Origin: Phytoplasma sp.
GTDB taxonomy: Bacteria; Bacillota_I; Bacilli_A; Acholeplasmatales; Acholeplasmataceae
Direction: 5' to 3'
Assembly (NCBI GenBank): GCA_012519065.1
Contig: JAAYQV010000131.1
Location: 1 to 62,817 of the forward strand
DNA: 62,817 bases
Shown: positions 50,352-60,484 of the stretch, one piece after another
How the letters are laid out: each line of letters starts with the position of its first letter
How positions within the stretch are numbered: position 1 is the stretch's first letter
Position numbers and translations under genes: made by a program
The notes under the pieces: model-generated
The model's database searches: none
What the model was told of the DNA's origin: nothing
Seen by the model: the letters and a program-made list of their open reading frames with translations, nothing else

Positions 50352-50909
50352 TCATCCTTTTAATAGTAGTGATAATGCTTCTTTAACCATAACTTCTATG
50401 GATTCATTATATGCTATTTTCTTTACTACTTTACTTGTCTCTGCCTTTGAGTATCCTAAAGCAATTAAGGCTTCTTTAACCTCTTTTTTATCATCTTTTA
50501 TCAGCGTTTCTTCTATTTCAACTAATTTTCCTTTTAAATCTAAAATGATCTGTTGTGCTGTCTTTTTACCGATACCAGGAAATTTAGTTAAAAACTGTAT
50601 ATCACTGTTTTCAATAGCCATAATGACGTCATTAACATCATCTGCCGCCGTAATAGATAAAGCACTCTTTGGCCCAATACCTGAAACACTTAATAGTTTT
50701 TTGAAAAATTCAAGCGTTTCTTCATTTTTAAATCCATATAAAGCTTGTATATCTTCTCTAACGTGAAAATGAGTGTAAATCTTCACTCTCTCATCTATTT
50801 GATATTGATAAGGGTTTGGAACTATAATCTGATAGCCTATTTCTTGATTTTCAACAATAATAAATGATGGTCTAACGCTTGTTACGTTTCCCTTGATATA
50901 TCCATACAT
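50352..50909 (-). CDS. ruvA: Holliday junction DNA-binding protein RuvA
   Basis: VRED..LYGF, VSGIGPKSAL, PGIGKKTAQ, ALIALGY. Confidence 0.98.
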   Translation of the reverse strand: MYGYIKGNVTSVRPSFIIVENQEIGYQIIVPNPYQYQIDERVKIYTHFHVREDIQALYGFKNEETLEFFKKLLSVSGIGPKSALSITAADDVNDVIMAIENSDIQFLTKFPGIGKKTAQQIILDLKGKLVEIEETLIKDDKKEVKEALIALGYSKAETSKVVKKIAYNESIEVMVKEALSLLLKG

Positions 50910-50934
50910 AAAAACACCTCTCTAATCATAAAAT

Positions 50935-50982
50935 ATTATATCATTTTTTAGTTCATTTTACATTCTCTTAATATGCTATAAT
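50935..50982. promoter_or_regulatory. Divergent extended -10 promoters for ruvA and the coiled-coil gene
   Basis: Minus strand TGATATAAT at 50935-50943; plus strand TGCTATAAT at 50974-50982. Confidence 0.6.
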
Positions 50983-51004
50983 ATGATTAGGGGAAGTGAT
51001 TTTG

Positions 51005-54000
51005 ATGAAATATGGCTTACATGATGAATTAATCTTAAAACTCCATAGTCTTGATAAGACTCTCACAAAGGAAACTGATGAGCATTTAAAGAATGCTTTC
51101 ACTTCTTTAAGTGATGCTTTTTTGACTTTGGGAAATTCTAAAATAGCCTATAATCTAAAGTCTTTTGAAAATACTGATGAAATCATTTTACATAATCAGG
51201 CTTTATTCGATCATCAAACAGTGATTGATAAAACGATTAAGGAATTAAAAAAAGATATCATAACTTTAAGCAATAAGAAACAACTGAAAATTACTTCTTT
51301 GAATAAAGAATATCGAGATAAAACGACTGAAGTATTTAGATTAAAGGAACATATTCCTTCTAAAAATAGCCAATTACTTAATCAAGCAGCTTTAATACAA
51401 CGTCAAGTTGCTGATAAACTACAAACAGAACTTCAAATCAATCAAAAAAGAATTGACACTGAAATTCGTGCTTTAGAAAAAGAGTATGAGCTTTTATTTA
51501 AAGAATCTAAACTTTCATATGATACTTCTTTAAATAAAATTAATACTTCTATTGAAAAAGAAAATACTTCATTTGATGTTTTTGTTAAAGATAGCGCACT
51601 TGAATTAGAAATGTTAAAAAAGCAAAGTGATGATAATCTTTTATCTATTAGACAAACTTTTAATCAAGCAAGCATTAGTTTCAACCATAAAATAAATGAA
51701 TTAAAAACTACCTTACAAAGTGATTTATCTGATTTGAAAATCAGTTATGAGAAGAGTATTGAAATTCTAGAGTCTTCTAAGCAAAAATTACAAGATGATT
51801 ACAATGCTATTCTTAGTCAATCTAACGCTGAATATCAAGAAAAAATGGCAAAACACAATCGTTCTTTTGACCTTTTAAACAAAGAATATGAGGATGCTAT
51901 TTCCAAAATTACTTTTGAATATAATCACGCTATCTCTTTGATTAATAGTAGTCTAAGTTCATATAAAGATAGCATCACAGAACGCATCAAAAGACTTCAA
52001 CAAGAAGGTAGATCTGCAAAAGAAGTTTCCCTTTTAACTAAGCAAGTTAATGCTTATATAAAAAAAGCCTCTAAAGAGGATGCTGAAAAATGGAGAAAAA
52101 ATCAAAGAAAACTATATGATCATGAAATCAACCATTTAAAAAAACTTTATCAATGGCGTATTGAACATGGGAAAATTGATTTAGAACATAAACAAAGTGC
52201 ATTGATGTTAGAACATCACTTAAAGATGAATCTCAAACGTCTTTCCTACCAAAAAGAACACTTTGATTTTGTTTTAGAAAAAAGATCTTTTTTACTTGAA
52301 GCCGCTCACTTAAATAATATTGCACCTTTAGAATCGCAACTCAATTTAGCAGCTAATATTCAAGAAAGAGAATTAAAATTGCTTGCTAATGATACTAGTT
52401 ACTTAATCTTTAAGCATGATTTAAATGTTTTGGAGAAAAAAACAGCACACCAATATAAATTAAATGCTTTAGAATATCAAAAAAATATTTTAACTTACGC
52501 TAGAGAAAGAGATTTAAAAATCAATCAAATAACTTTTCAAATCAAACTAGATTCTTTAAAACAAGAAATGGAATCTTTAGAAAAAAAATATGAGCTTGAA
52601 ATTGAATTATCTAAAGTTGAATATGAGTTATCCATTATAGATGCTACTATTAATACGGATACCGATTTATTTAAACTTAATTTAGAATCTGAACAAAGTA
52701 ATAACTTATTAAGCATTAATATTCAAAAGGAAAAACAAAAAGAAACTGTTTTATCAACTATTCTTAAAGAAAGCATCAACTCTTCACAAACTGAATTATT
52801 TATTTTACAAAGTCTAACTGCTTTTAAAAAAAGCAAGGTCTTTTTTGATTGTTTCACTGATCATTTTAAAGATCAATTCTTCTTATTTCAAAATGCTTTA
52901 GACCAAAACTTAAACATTTATCAACAATATTTGAATATGATCCCCTCCCTTACCTTAGTTTCTGACAAGAATTATGAATACGACCAAGTAATCGCAGGGA
53001 TTTTAGATTATAAAAAACACATGACTACTTTGAATGCAGAAGCCAAATTAACGTTTGATGATCATCTTAATTGTTTTAAAGATGGTTTACTAGAATTGAT
53101 AGATTATTTTTATGAAAGTTATTATCAATTTTTAGAAAAACTTCTTCATTATAATATAAACAGTCTTAAAAACCGTATCATTTTATTAGAACAAAAAAAC
53201 AGTTACTACGATACTAATATTTTAATTAAACGACAAATCATTCAAAAATATAATTATAAAGGTTATGGCAACTCTTCTACTCAGAGAAGCGACTTGTTTA
53301 TGCTTTATAAGTATATTAGAAAAGACGAACGTAACGTCAATATCATTAAGCGTAAAATTCAAAAAAATAGAGTATTAATTGAAAAACTTGAAGCCTCTTT
53401 TACAAAAGATATTCAAACTTTAAAAACTGAACAAAAGAACCTTGTTTTTAAAATAAATGATTTAGAACTTAGTTTTGATAAACACCTATCTTTATTTGAT
53501 AAAAACAGTTTGGAAACTAGTCTTTTTGTTGATAAGCTATTTAAACCAGGAAAATTTATACAAGGTAAAAAACTTCAAATTAAACTAAATACTATTTTTT
53601 CTACTCATAAGAAAAAAAATATCCGTTTAATTCATTTAATTTATCAAGATTTTTTAAAACTTTATGATACTTTTAAAAATCATTTCTTACCAAAAACACA
53701 AAAAGTTTCTTTTGCTTTGTTAAAATTAAATTCAAATATAAGTAAAAATCATCAAAGATACGATGTCTTCCTAAATTTGCTTAACAAAGATTATGAAGAA
53801 ATCATTTATCAATCAAAATCACAAATAGATGCTATTATGAGTGTTGCTTTAGAAGATTTTCTAGCTTCTAAAAAAACCACTAAAGATGAATTATTTAAAG
53901 ATAAGGATGAAATTTTAAAGAAAATTTCTTCTAATACTTTTGATTTAAATGCCCGTTTAGAATTGCTCCAGGAAAATCTAGCTTCTGTGCTTTCTTCAAT

Positions 54001-54433
54001 TGAAGCAGAAACTATAAAGCATCATACAACACTAAATCTCGGTTTTAAAAATAGACAAACCAAACTTTCTGAGCACTTGCTTTCAGAAAAAGAAAAATTA
54101 AAAGATATGGAAATTGCTATCAAAGAAAAAAACGATGCCATTCTTATGCAATATGCCAAGAGCCAGAAAAAAAGCATTGCAGAGCTTTCTCATAAGCAAG
54201 CCTCTTTTAAAAAAACAAGTCTTAAAATTGCTAATGATATTCTTTCTTCTGAATCTCATTTAGCTAAAAACTTTAAAAAAACCAAACGATTAAGTGTTAT
54301 AGAAATTTCAAAACTTCAATCTGAGTATAGACAAAAGATACGTGAAAACAAACAATCTGCAAAAAATAGTTATAAAAAAGATTTGTCTGAATTTAAGAAA
54401 AGTTTTAAATTCAAAGAAAAGAAATTAAAATAA
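51005..54433 (+). CDS. Large orphan alpha-helical/coiled-coil protein (about 1140 aa)
   Basis: 3.4 kb open frame rich in K/L/E/Q/S and very poor in Gly/Pro; no Walker motifs and no TM segment; own promoter and terminator. Confidence 0.85.
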   Translation: MKYGLHDELILKLHSLDKTLTKETDEHLKNAFTSLSDAFLTLGNSKIAYNLKSFENTDEIILHNQALFDHQTVIDKTIKELKKDIITLSNKKQLKITSLNKEYRDKTTEVFRLKEHIPSKNSQLLNQAALIQRQVADKLQTELQINQKRIDTEIRALEKEYELLFKESKLSYDTSLNKINTSIEKENTSFDVFVKDSALELEMLKKQSDDNLLSIRQTFNQASISFNHKINELKTTLQSDLSDLKISYEKSIEILESSKQKLQDDYNAILSQSNAEYQEKMAKHNRSFDLLNKEYEDAISKITFEYNHAISLINSSLSSYKDSITERIKRLQQEGRSAKEVSLLTKQVNAYIKKASKEDAEKWRKNQRKLYDHEINHLKKLYQWRIEHGKIDLEHKQSALMLEHHLKMNLKRLSYQKEHFDFVLEKRSFLLEAAHLNNIAPLESQLNLAANIQERELKLLANDTSYLIFKHDLNVLEKKTAHQYKLNALEYQKNILTYARERDLKINQITFQIKLDSLKQEMESLEKKYELEIELSKVEYELSIIDATINTDTDLFKLNLESEQSNNLLSINIQKEKQKETVLSTILKESINSSQTELFILQSLTAFKKSKVFFDCFTDHFKDQFFLFQNALDQNLNIYQQYLNMIPSLTLVSDKNYEYDQVIAGILDYKKHMTTLNAEAKLTFDDHLNCFKDGLLELIDYFYESYYQFLEKLLHYNINSLKNRIILLEQKNSYYDTNILIKRQIIQKYNYKGYGNSSTQRSDLFMLYKYIRKDERNVNIIKRKIQKNRVLIEKLEASFTKDIQTLKTEQKNLVFKINDLELSFDKHLSLFDKNSLETSLFVDKLFKPGKFIQGKKLQIKLNTIFSTHKKKNIRLIHLIYQDFLKLYDTFKNHFLPKTQKVSFALLKLNSNISKNHQRYDVFLNLLNKDYEEIIYQSKSQIDAIMSVALEDFLASKKTTKDELFKDKDEILKKISSNTFDLNARLELLQENLASVLSSIEAETIKHHTTLNLGFKNRQTKLSEHLLSEKEKLKDMEIAIKEKNDAILMQYAKSQKKSIAELSHKQASFKKTSLKIANDILSSESHLAKNFKKTKRLSVIEISKLQSEYRQKIRENKQSAKNSYKKDLSEFKKSFKFKEKKLK

Positions 54434-54457
54434 AAAGGCCTTTTAAGGCCTTTTTTT
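54432..54457. terminator. Bidirectional terminator between the coiled-coil gene and obg
   Basis: AAAAAGGCCTT-tt-AAGGCCTTTTT. Confidence 0.88.
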
Positions 54458-55709
54458 AGTCTATAAATTCAAACTCATAATCTAAGATACGTACCGTATC
54501 TCCATTTTTTAATCCTTCTTTTCGCAATGCTTCATCAATACCTAAACCCTTTAATTGCCTTGAAAATCTTCTCACCGCATCTTCATTATTAAAATTAGTA
54601 CGATAGAATAGTTTTTCAACAACCTCACCGGTAATTTCAAAGACATTATCATCACCGTGTTTAATAACAAACGGCTCAACCTCTTCTTTAATCGTGTACA
54701 CAGTTTCTTCTTTTATTGGTTCTGGTAATGGCGTTTCATTTAATGTTTTAAGTATTTCATATTTAAGTTTTTCAACATTTTGTGTTGTTAAAGCAGAAAT
54801 AGGAATAATTTTCTCAACATTTATTTTTTTTACTAAATCTTGGTATTTTTCTTCTGCTCCTTCTAAATCCATTTTATTGGTTACAATAATTTGTGGCCTA
54901 GTAAGGATTTTTTCATTAAATCGTCTTAATTCTTCGTTAATTGCTAAATAATCTTTATAAGGATCTTGACTATCCATGCTAATTAAGTGAACTAATACGC
55001 GACATCTTTCTATATGTTTTAAAAATTGAATACCTAGACCATGCCCTAAATGAGCATTTTCAATTAGCCCAGGTAAATCAGCTACAACAAAGCTTTGGTC
55101 ATCTAAATATACCATACCTAAGTTAGGTGCTAAAGTTGTAAATGGATAATCAGCAATTTTAGGTTTTGCATTTGAGATCACAGAAATTAGCGTTGACTTA
55201 CCAACGCTAGGATATCCAATTAATCCCACGTCTGCTAGTACTTTTAATTCTACAATAATTTTTCTTTGTTCGCCCATATCACCATTTTCAGCATAACCTG
55301 GTGCAGGGTCTTTGTGAGTAGCAAAGGCTTGATTACCTCTACCACCTTTTCCACCTTTAGCAACAACCAGTTGTTGTCCATGTTCAAGAATTTCACCTAT
55401 TAATTCACGCTCCATTGTATATACAACTGTTCCTAAAGGCACTTTAAAATATCTATGCTCTGCATTTGCACCATGCATAGAACGACTTTTACCATTTTCT
55501 CCTGGTTTTGCTTTAATATGTCTATTATATTTTAGTTTAAGTAAGGTATTCTCCCCTTCTTCTCCAACAAAAATAACAGATCCGCCTTCTCCACCGTTAC
55601 CACCTGATGGTCCACCAAATTCTACGTATTTTTCTCTTCTAAAGGATGCCATACCATTACCACCTTTTCCGGCTGTAACTTCAACAACGACCTCATCTAT
55701 AAAATCCAC
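54456..55709 (-). CDS. obgE: GTPase ObgE/CgtA
   Basis: Gly-rich Obg fold, GYPSVGKST, YPFTT, DLPG, NKMD, C-terminal OCT domain. Confidence 0.98.
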   Translation of the reverse strand: MDFIDEVVVEVTAGKGGNGMASFRREKYVEFGGPSGGNGGEGGSVIFVGEEGENTLLKLKYNRHIKAKPGENGKSRSMHGANAEHRYFKVPLGTVVYTMERELIGEILEHGQQLVVAKGGKGGRGNQAFATHKDPAPGYAENGDMGEQRKIIVELKVLADVGLIGYPSVGKSTLISVISNAKPKIADYPFTTLAPNLGMVYLDDQSFVVADLPGLIENAHLGHGLGIQFLKHIERCRVLVHLISMDSQDPYKDYLAINEELRRFNEKILTRPQIIVTNKMDLEGAEEKYQDLVKKINVEKIIPISALTTQNVEKLKYEILKTLNETPLPEPIKEETVYTIKEEVEPFVIKHGDDNVFEITGEVVEKLFYRTNFNNEDAVRRFSRQLKGLGIDEALRKEGLKNGDTVRILDYEFEFID

Positions 55710-55762
55710 GGGTTATTCCCCCCTTCTTTGATATTTTATCATAAAAAAAGGATAATGCTTAA

Positions 55763-56041
55763 TTATCCTTCATACACTGAAACTTGTTTGCGATCGCGGC
55801 CTTTTCTTTCGTATTTAACAATTCCGCTAACTTTTGCAAATAATGTGTCATCTCCACCGATTCCAACGTTATTACCTGGGTGAACTTTTGTTCCTCTTTG
55901 ACGGTAAATAATTGAACCAGCAGTTGCGTATTGTCCATCTGACAATTTAGCGCCTAATCTTTTTGAATGAGAGTCACGGCCGTTTTTACTTGAACCTACT
56001 CCCTTTTTAGATGCGAATAACTGTATGTCTAGTCTTAACAT
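55763..56041 (-). CDS. rpmA: 50S ribosomal protein L27 with Prp-cleaved N-terminal extension
   Basis: [27 protein letters not shown]. Confidence 0.99.
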   Translation of the reverse strand: MLRLDIQLFASKKGVGSSKNGRDSHSKRLGAKLSDGQYATAGSIIYRQRGTKVHPGNNVGIGGDDTLFAKVSGIVKYERKGRDRKQVSVYEG

Positions 56042-56042
56042 G

Positions 56043-56360
56043 TTATCCCTCCTTTTTCTGGTTTTTAATATATTGACTATATGTAATTTCTAAATCATTT
56101 AATGTGTATTCTAAATTAGTTAATAATCCTTCAACAATTTCATCTACTTGGTTAACTTCTAATTTAAAATAGCCTTCATCTAAATCCAATTGCACCTTAT
56201 CTTTTAAATTTAAGACCTCTATTGCATTGGCTGTTACGATAATAGCAGTTGAGACTGCTGCACAAACAATATCTTCACCATGTTCTGCATAATTAGCATG
56301 CCCAGTGACTTTTATTTCTTGAATGTGGTTGTTTTCTTTTGTAAATTGATACTTAATCAT
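56043..56360 (-). CDS. prp: Ribosomal-processing cysteine protease Prp (YsxB)
   Basis: GHA...DIVCAAVS motif; lies between rplU and rpmA. Confidence 0.95.
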   Translation of the reverse strand: MIKYQFTKENNHIQEIKVTGHANYAEHGEDIVCAAVSTAIIVTANAIEVLNLKDKVQLDLDEGYFKLEVNQVDEIVEGLLTNLEYTLNDLEITYSQYIKNQKKEG

Positions 56361-56362
56361 GA

Positions 56363-56671
56363 TTAAGCAACAATTTTTTCAATGACAAGTTTTGTGTATG
56401 CTTGTCTGTGCCCTTGTTTACGACGGTATTTTTTCTTAGCTTTATATTTGAAAACAATGATTTTTTTAGCTCTTCCTTGTTTTACAACTTTAGCAACTAC
56501 CTTAGCACCTTCAACTAATGGTTGACCAATAACTGTCTTTTCTCCACCAATTGATAAGATTTCAGTAAACTCATATGTATCATTTTCAAGAACATCTAAT
56601 TTTTCAACATAGATTTCTTGTCCTTCAACAACACGTACTTGTTTACCACCTGTTTTGATTACTGCAAACAT
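56363..56671 (-). CDS. rplU: 50S ribosomal protein L21
   Basis: [18 protein letters not shown]. Confidence 0.99.
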   Translation of the reverse strand: MFAVIKTGGKQVRVVEGQEIYVEKLDVLENDTYEFTEILSIGGEKTVIGQPLVEGAKVVAKVVKQGRAKKIIVFKYKAKKKYRRKQGHRQAYTKLVIEKIVA

Positions 56672-56694
56672 TTTGTTACCTCCTTTATTTATTA

Positions 56695-56763
56695 TGAAGA
56701 CTCACTATTGAGGTAATTTATCCGGTAAGATAAATCTTTAAAACCTTGTCTACGTGGTACAAC
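56695..56763 (-). ncRNA. L21 leader RNA
   Basis: Minus strand CCAC-GUAGAC-AAGGU...ACCU...GUGAGUCU between the promoter and the rplU RBS, matching the Firmicute L21 leader pattern. Confidence 0.7.
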
Positions 56764-56769
56764 ATTGGT

Positions 56770-56798
56770 ATTATATCTTTTTATTCTATAAAAGTCAA
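56770..56798 (-). promoter_or_regulatory. Sigma-A promoter of the rplU operon
   Basis: TTGACT-17-TATAAT. Confidence 0.85.
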
Positions 56799-56822
56799 TA
56801 AAAGATACTTTTATTTTTAATT

Positions 56823-57788
56823 TTAGTTTTCTGTTTTTTCCTCTTCTTTTTTATCTTTTTTTCCAAAGTTAAAAAGACCAAAAAGTTTCTTAGGGAAAAT
56901 CATAATGCCTTCTGCAACCACACTAGGAAGCATTTTTGCTGCCTCAATTAAAGCTCCTTTTCTAATTGTTTCTTTTGTTATTTCATTGGCATCACTGAAT
57001 AAATATTTTCTAGTTACAACACCTATTCTTAGCGTCAGTAAAGCGTTTGAAATACCTTGAGTTACTGAGGATAAAATGGGACGAATCAATGGGATTTCAC
57101 TTAAAGTATTCATAGAACTTTGAGGTAAAATATCTTGTATATCGATATTTTCTAATCCTTCTGCGATAAGTGCTGTGGTAAATACATTAATCGTTAGCTT
57201 TGCTAGGTTTTTATATGATGGTCTAAATCCACATGCAACAACTATTTCTTTGATCATTCTTATATTAACAGCTATCACTGTAAAGAAATCTAATCGCCCA
57301 TTTTGGCTAATCGCAGTTGAAATCATCACCGTTTTGGCATGTTTTTTAATGATTTTATTAATGATTTTTTTCACGTGTTTATTATATGTTTGATTTAATG
57401 TGGTTTTTAATTGTTCATAATCATTTAAAGATGCCTTTAAATTTTCTTTTGCTATTTCTGGAAGTTCTTTATTTTCAATGAGTCTTTCTGCTATTTTTTT
57501 ATATAGTCTAAAATTTTTTCTTGATTTCTTTTTTTGTTGTTCTAAAGTAGTTTCAACTGAGAAAGCAGGTGAAAAAAGAATGATTTGAACTGGCCTTAAA
57601 ATTAAGAAATATATTAATAGAAAAGCTAATCCATAAAAACCATAAGCAACATATGGATGAATATTTGAAAGTCTATCGCCTACCGATAAGATGCTACTTA
57701 ATAAGATTAATAAAAATAAGATAATTACACCTATCGCAATGGCATACCAAAATCTTTTTGTTGTTTTTTGTTTATCCAAGACAATCAC
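56823..57788 (-). CDS. YcjF/DUF697 family membrane protein
   Basis: Two N-terminal TM helices; TAISQN..LD, GFRP, QGI.NALLT.RIG motifs. Confidence 0.75.
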   Translation of the reverse strand: MIVLDKQKTTKRFWYAIAIGVIILFLLILLSSILSVGDRLSNIHPYVAYGFYGLAFLLIYFLILRPVQIILFSPAFSVETTLEQQKKKSRKNFRLYKKIAERLIENKELPEIAKENLKASLNDYEQLKTTLNQTYNKHVKKIINKIIKKHAKTVMISTAISQNGRLDFFTVIAVNIRMIKEIVVACGFRPSYKNLAKLTINVFTTALIAEGLENIDIQDILPQSSMNTLSEIPLIRPILSSVTQGISNALLTLRIGVVTRKYLFSDANEITKETIRKGALIEAAKMLPSVVAEGIMIFPKKLFGLFNFGKKDKKEEEKTEN

Positions 57789-57800
57789 CTCTTTGTCTTA

Positions 57801-58463
57801 TTATACTTTAATCTTTTTATTCTGTCTAATACTAAAAAATTCATTTTTCCCTATGATGATATGATCAATTAAGCTAATTTTTAAGATTTCTGATGCTTCT
57901 ATCAGGCTATGTGTGGAAACCAAATCCATTTGACTTGGTGTTGAATTTCCTGTTGGGTGATTGTGTACACAAATAATAGAGGATGCACTTAATCGAATAG
58001 CCTGTTTAAAGATCTCTCTAGGATGAATGACTGTTTGATTAATCGTTCCAATAAAAACTGTTTCTTGATGAATGACTTCACTTTTAGTATTTAAAAATAG
58101 AACAATAAAATGTTCTTGTTCCAAATGACTCATTTTATCTTTTAGTAAATAGTAGACATCTTCTATACGATTTAGTTTTTTTAATTCTTGATATTTAGCA
58201 AAGGACAATCTTTTCCCTAATTCTATCGCTGCAATTATTTTTGAAGCCTTGGCTTTTTTTACACCTTTTATTAAAGTTAACTCATTTAGTTTCATATTTT
58301 TTAAATCTTCTAATGTGTTTAGTTGATCTAAAATTTCTCTTGATAACTCATAAACATTTTTATCCTGATTTCCAGTGCCTAATAAAATAGCAATTAATTC
58401 TTCTGTTTTTAATGCATCCACTCCTAGTCGTTCTAATCTTTCTCTTGGTTTATCATGATTCAT
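57801..58463 (-). CDS. radC: RadC family JAB-domain protein
   Basis: PRERL, ELIAILLGTG, HPREIF, HNHPTG, DHIIIG. Confidence 0.95.
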   Translation of the reverse strand: MNHDKPRERLERLGVDALKTEELIAILLGTGNQDKNVYELSREILDQLNTLEDLKNMKLNELTLIKGVKKAKASKIIAAIELGKRLSFAKYQELKKLNRIEDVYYLLKDKMSHLEQEHFIVLFLNTKSEVIHQETVFIGTINQTVIHPREIFKQAIRLSASSIICVHNHPTGNSTPSQMDLVSTHSLIEASEILKISLIDHIIIGKNEFFSIRQNKKIKV

Positions 58464-58532
58464 ATAGACACTCCTTTTTTAAAAAAAACTTTCCTAGCTT
58501 AAATATATTAGCGTAGAAAAGTTCTTTTTCTT

Positions 58533-59222
58533 TTATAAGAAGAATCTTTTTTTAAGTTCATTTATGGTGGTTCTAGGCGTTATAATGAATAAACCAAAAA
58601 TTGTAGCCAATCCAACAATTAAAATGGTTAAATGCGTCCAAAAGACGGTTTTATATTCATTAGGTAAGAAAAGATAACAAATAAATGGAATCAAATCTAA
58701 AATGCTTACAATGATTAAAGGTAAGATATAGTAGTGTCTTCTTTTTAAGTTAAATGTAAATAAAGCAATCATCGATAGGGTTGAACCTGTTAATATAGCT
58801 GGAATGACGTATTCAAAAGCCCAGTATCCTGTATTTGAAATCAATTGTATGGCTAAAACTAAAAGTGATATAACAAGTGTTTGTGTGATGATTTTAAAAG
58901 TAATATGACTTTTTGATTTAATGATTGTAATAAAGAAAATCCATATATAAATAATGGCACCTATGACGATAAATGACCACGGAAAAGCTGCTTGGTCATA
59001 AGTTAATCGATTGATTACTGTGCTAACGACCATAGCTATTACTGAGATGAATATTAAAATTCTTAAAACAGGGTTTAAGAGCCTTTTTTTGCTTATAAAA
59101 GGTGGATATGGTGAGTTTGTATATAAACTTTTCTCGTCAATTGATTGTAAAATTTCTCCACACAAAGGACAAGTGTTTTTAGTCGTCTTAATGTCTACTT
59201 GGCAGTGATTACATTTTTTCAT
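58533..59222 (-). CDS. Zinc-ribbon plus 6-TM membrane protein (DUF6320-like)
   Basis: CNHC...CPLC at the N-terminus, six TM segments, C-terminal ELKKRF. Confidence 0.7.
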   Translation of the reverse strand: MKKCNHCQVDIKTTKNTCPLCGEILQSIDEKSLYTNSPYPPFISKKRLLNPVLRILIFISVIAMVVSTVINRLTYDQAAFPWSFIVIGAIIYIWIFFITIIKSKSHITFKIITQTLVISLLVLAIQLISNTGYWAFEYVIPAILTGSTLSMIALFTFNLKRRHYYILPLIIVSILDLIPFICYLFLPNEYKTVFWTHLTILIVGLATIFGLFIITPRTTINELKKRFFL

Positions 59223-60484
59223 ATACTTACCTCTAATTCATTGGTTTCTATCTCAACGTTTAACCCATCTTTTCTAAGTGTATTAAAAAAATGTTTTTCA
59301 ATATCATTATCGATCATTAATGATACAAAATTAATAGTCAGTGTGTTATTAAAACTGATTGCTGACATTGCTTTAGGGCAATCCGTACTGGTTCCAATGA
59401 TAAATTGATATCTGTCAATATACGATTCCATATCTTTAGGTAGATCAACTAATCCAAGATTAGAAAAGGCAAAACTATTTAAAGCTTCTCCCACAAAATT
59501 AAAAACTAGTTTCATGAAAAAAGTTTTAATAAATAATGGCACTGAACGATTGATGATGTTTTTTTCAAACTTCACGTTTGAGGCAAGTGTTGATAAAAGT
59601 TTATCTTTAACCAGTTCTTCTTTAAAACCGTTTTTAGTGATAGAAAAGATTTCTTCTAAACTTAATTCTTGGTTAAAATCATAGTTGATTCTCATATATA
59701 AAACAAAGTTTCTCAATGTTTTAGTTGAAATAAATTGTCTCATATTAACAGGTAAAATTAGTCTAAATGTTTTTTTAAAGTCTTTGCCTTTTAAGTATTG
59801 ATAATTAGCATAAACTAAAACACCTGATAAATATTCTGTTAGTGTTACTCCGTAATTTTGAGCAACTTTTCTTAGCTCATCTAGTTTTAAATAACCATGG
59901 ATAATGGCTTGATAGTTATCTTTGTAGATATCTGCTTTAATATGATATGCCTTATCCTCTTTGGCTTTTTTTAAGTCTTTTTTATTATAGTTCTTAACGT
60001 ATTGATCAACAGTCTCATCGTATCTAACTTCAATATCTTTGGTCCATATTTTATGTTCTGGGTCTATTATTTCACCTTTTAAAATAAGGTATTCATATAC
60101 CAGTGCATTAAGAAAGGTTAATGCGCCTTTCCCATCTGTGATAGAATGAAAGAATTCTACTGATATTTTGTTTTCATAATAAAGTGTTCTAAATAAAAAA
60201 TCATTGGTCTCTTTTTTATTAATGGCTTTATTGACATAGGAATCTTCTAAAAAAACCAATGGTTTTTTAGGGTTTGTTTCTAAGTAATGCCAAAAAAAAC
60301 CTTTTTTTAGTCTTACGTTAAAACTTGTAAATCTTTCAATGATTGCATTTAAGGCTGCTTGTAGAGTATCCTTATCTATCTTCTCTTTTAACACCACACT
60401 TACTCTAAACATATAGGGCCTGTTTTTATTTGTAACAGCAGGGAATATTTTAGCTGCATTATCTAATTTATACCATTTTTGCAT
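59219..60484 (-). CDS. CoA-dependent acyltransferase (alcohol acetyltransferase/condensation fold)
   Basis: W..LDNAAKIFP, GFFWHY, HxxxDG motif HSITDG, PVNMR, TLRNF, FSNLG. Confidence 0.8.
   Translation of the reverse strand: MQKWYKLDNAAKIFPAVTNKNRPYMFRVSVVLKEKIDKDTLQAALNAIIERFTSFNVRLKKGFFWHYLETNPKKPLVFLEDSYVNKAINKKETNDFLFRTLYYENKISVEFFHSITDGKGALTFLNALVYEYLILKGEIIDPEHKIWTKDIEVRYDETVDQYVKNYNKKDLKKAKEDKAYHIKADIYKDNYQAIIHGYLKLDELRKVAQNYGVTLTEYLSGVLVYANYQYLKGKDFKKTFRLILPVNMRQFISTKTLRNFVLYMRINYDFNQELSLEEIFSITKNGFKEELVKDKLLSTLASNVKFEKNIINRSVPLFIKTFFMKLVFNFVGEALNSFAFSNLGLVDLPKDMESYIDRYQFIIGTSTDCPKAMSAISFNNTLTINFVSLMIDNDIEKHFFNTLRKDGLNVEIETNELEVSI

Noticed and set aside
51005-54433. SMC/SbcC/RecN ATPase or phage tape measure protein
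   Set aside because: No Walker A/B or signature motifs, no Ala/Gly-rich repeats and no phage context.
57801-58463. radC as a marker of a mobile element
   Set aside because: It is the full-length chromosomal type in the conserved Firmicute position near rplU.
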